DNA of 41,716 bases, from the IMG/VR virus record IMGVR_UViG_3300034063_000844; one strand, written 5' to 3'. Both the position numbers and the translations under genes were made by a program. This DNA comes from a virus. The notes below the pieces were generated by a model that worked only from the letters and a program-made list of their open reading frames with translations, was not told where the DNA came from and ran no database searches. Below are positions 40,429-41,716 of this stretch, piece after piece. How positions within the stretch are numbered: position 1 is the stretch's first letter; each line of letters starts with the position of its first letter.

Positions 40429-41198
40429 TATATCTGCTTTAAAATGTATGAAACTTCGTCGTTTCCAGCGCTGTTTTTTCCGCAATACATGCAATAAAGC
40501 AAGTTATTTGCGTTTACGGCGCTGGCAATCGTTCCGCTGTCTTTTATAACAGTACTTCCTGAAGGCTGACTTACAGTTAATGAGCCGGCTGACGTCAGCG
40601 TGAATTTAATTCTGACAACTGTACCAGGTACAGCGTTCGTAAAATCAAAAGTGATATTGAAAGCAGCAGCGCCATTGGAACTAAAGAAAACTGCTCTATC
40701 TCGGTCAAATCTTACCGTATAAGTTCCGGGTACAGTGGTGTTCAGCTCGGTAGTTAACACGTTAGGCGTTGGCACCATGTTGTTAAAATCAAAAACTCCA
40801 CTTCCGCTGGCAGCGTTGCTGAATGTTATCTTTCGTATTTCGTGAACGTTTCTTGGCACGCCGTCCGTGAATGTAACCGGGTCAGCGTTTACGTTATAAA
40901 ACGTTGTTGTAATTGCCGCAACAGCCGCTTGCGTTACTGTCAAAGTAAAAGCGTCCACTAAATAAACTTCACCAGCGTAATAAATGGCTCCAGCGCTTAC
41001 GTTCATTGAGCCGGCTGTTCCGCTGTTCACACAGCCAAATAAGATATAGGCGCGGGTTGTATCGGTATCTCTTCCGATTACATTTCGGGCAAGCGCATTA
41101 ACAGCTTCCTGATAAGCCAATTGCAAGTGCTGTAATGTGCCAGCTTTTACTGGCATTGCGGTAGTGTTGGTTACTGAAGAGGTGCTTAGTTTTCTCAT
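40428..41198 (-). CDS. Tail fibre / receptor-binding candidate
   Basis: 256 aa, T/S/A/N-rich, downstream of the gpJ- and gpI-like genes. Confidence 0.5.
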   Translation of the reverse strand: MRKLSTSSVTNTTAMPVKAGTLQHLQLAYQEAVNALARNVIGRDTDTTRAYILFGCVNSGTAGSMNVSAGAIYYAGEVYLVDAFTLTVTQAAVAAITTTFYNVNADPVTFTDGVPRNVHEIRKITFSNAASGSGVFDFNNMVPTPNVLTTELNTTVPGTYTVRFDRDRAVFFSSNGAAAFNITFDFTNAVPGTVVRIKFTLTSAGSLTVSQPSGSTVIKDSGTIASAVNANNLLYCMYCGKNSAGNDEVSYILKQI

Positions 41199-41201
41199 TT
41201 T

Positions 41202-41716
41202 TTAGTAGGTTACTATGTTATAAGTCAAGCCAGCGGGAACGTATTGGTCCACAAAGGCTCTAAATATTTTTTCTCTATTCGCCGCAACGGTGTCTAAGGC
41301 GTTGTAAACAGCCACTGGACAATTTATTGTGAAATTGAACTGAACGGCAAAACTGTAATCATTTATGACAAACTCGGAGGACGTGTTGTTAAAAACCACG
41401 GAGGAGCTATCCTCGTCACCGGCAACGCGAAAAACTGAAATTGCAAGTGTATTATTTGTAATGTAAATATCCGAAACGCTTGTAGGCTGGCGAAACGTTG
41501 TACCAAACCATTTATTCATGGCAAACTCTAAGGTGAGCTTTTGGCCGGTGTACAATATCCTTTCGGACAACCCAATAAAGTTTTGCTGCACTACCTTCCA
41601 GCTTGACGTTACTGTTGGCAAGTCGGTGTTTCCGCTTTTCAGGCTTTCGTACACTATTTTATTATACCGAACCAGTGCATATTTTGCATACGTTCCGGCT
41701 GTATATACTGGGGCGG
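41202..41716 (-). CDS. 3' part of the junction-spanning gpI-like gene (see 1..284)
   Basis: The frame is open from 41202 to the window edge. The GTG at 41654 proposed by the track is internal. The true ATG is at position 284 of the circle. Confidence 0.6.
   Translation of the reverse strand, partial: APVYTAGTYAKYALVRYNKIVYESLKSGNTDLPTVTSSWKVVQQNFIGLSERILYTGQKLTLEFAMNKWFGTTFRQPTSVSDIYITNNTLAISVFRVAGDEDSSSVVFNNTSSEFVINDYSFAVQFNFTINCPVAVYNALDTVAANREKIFRAFVDQYVPAGLTYNIVTY
41590..41716. repeat. Exact copy of 1..127 (contig-end overlap)
   Basis: Same comparison as for 1..127. Confidence 0.95.

Larger units (their letters stand above)
1..41589. mobile_element. Complete temperate tailed-phage genome (circular closure, unique length 41,589 bp)
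   Basis: All phage modules are present (integrase/attP, repressor, recombination, replication, terminase, portal, capsid, contractile-tail-type genes, lysis). The window ends share an exact 127-bp overlap. Confidence 0.85.

Overview
The window is one complete, circularly closed temperate tailed-phage genome. Bases 1-127 exactly copy 41590-41716, so the unique length is 41,589 bp. About 75 tightly packed, mostly translationally coupled genes lie on the minus strand. The only convincing plus-strand gene is an XRE-type repressor (22256-22678). Modules in minus-strand order: (1) tyrosine integrase plus attP, with a tRNA-3'-end-like core flanked by six CTTAAAACA arm repeats; (2) a repressor / Xis-like switch; (3) a RecT, exonuclease and SSB-tip recombination module; (4) a wHTH protein, a DUF1376-type initiator with internal iteron-like repeats, and a DnaC-like loader; (5) many tiny coupled ORFs; (6) NinG, a ParB-like protein and a frame-disrupted C5 cytosine methyltransferase; (7) small and large terminase; (8) an autonomous promoter-to-terminator accessory cassette including a RadC-like gene; (9) a fibre/decoration block with a collagen-like protein; (10) portal and Mu F- and G-like head genes; (11) a displaced baseplate J/I/fibre block that spans the circular junction; (12) an RHH protein, ClpP-like protease/scaffold and major capsid; (13) sheath, tube, a chaperone with an A9 slippery site, tape measure, hub/spike/LysM baseplate genes and a 922-aa repeat-rich fibre; (14) holin, a u-spanin-like protein and an NlpC/P60-type endolysin; (15) a terminator-insulated moron next to attP. 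Promoter architecture (TTTG ... TAnnTTTG), A/C-rich leaders without Shine-Dalgarno sequences and lipobox/signal peptides point to a Bacteroidota host. I saw no rRNA, complete tRNA, CRISPR array, transposase or reverse transcriptase. I found no single obviously new multi-gene system. The most unusual items are regulatory and RNA-level: a plus-strand sRNA candidate, a duplicated operator-bearing promoter, a recurring palindrome and a terminator-containing replication leader. Also notable are the early-type accessory cassette inside the late region and Sec-signal proteins inside the virion modules. All functional calls rest on motif recognition by eye, not on database searches.
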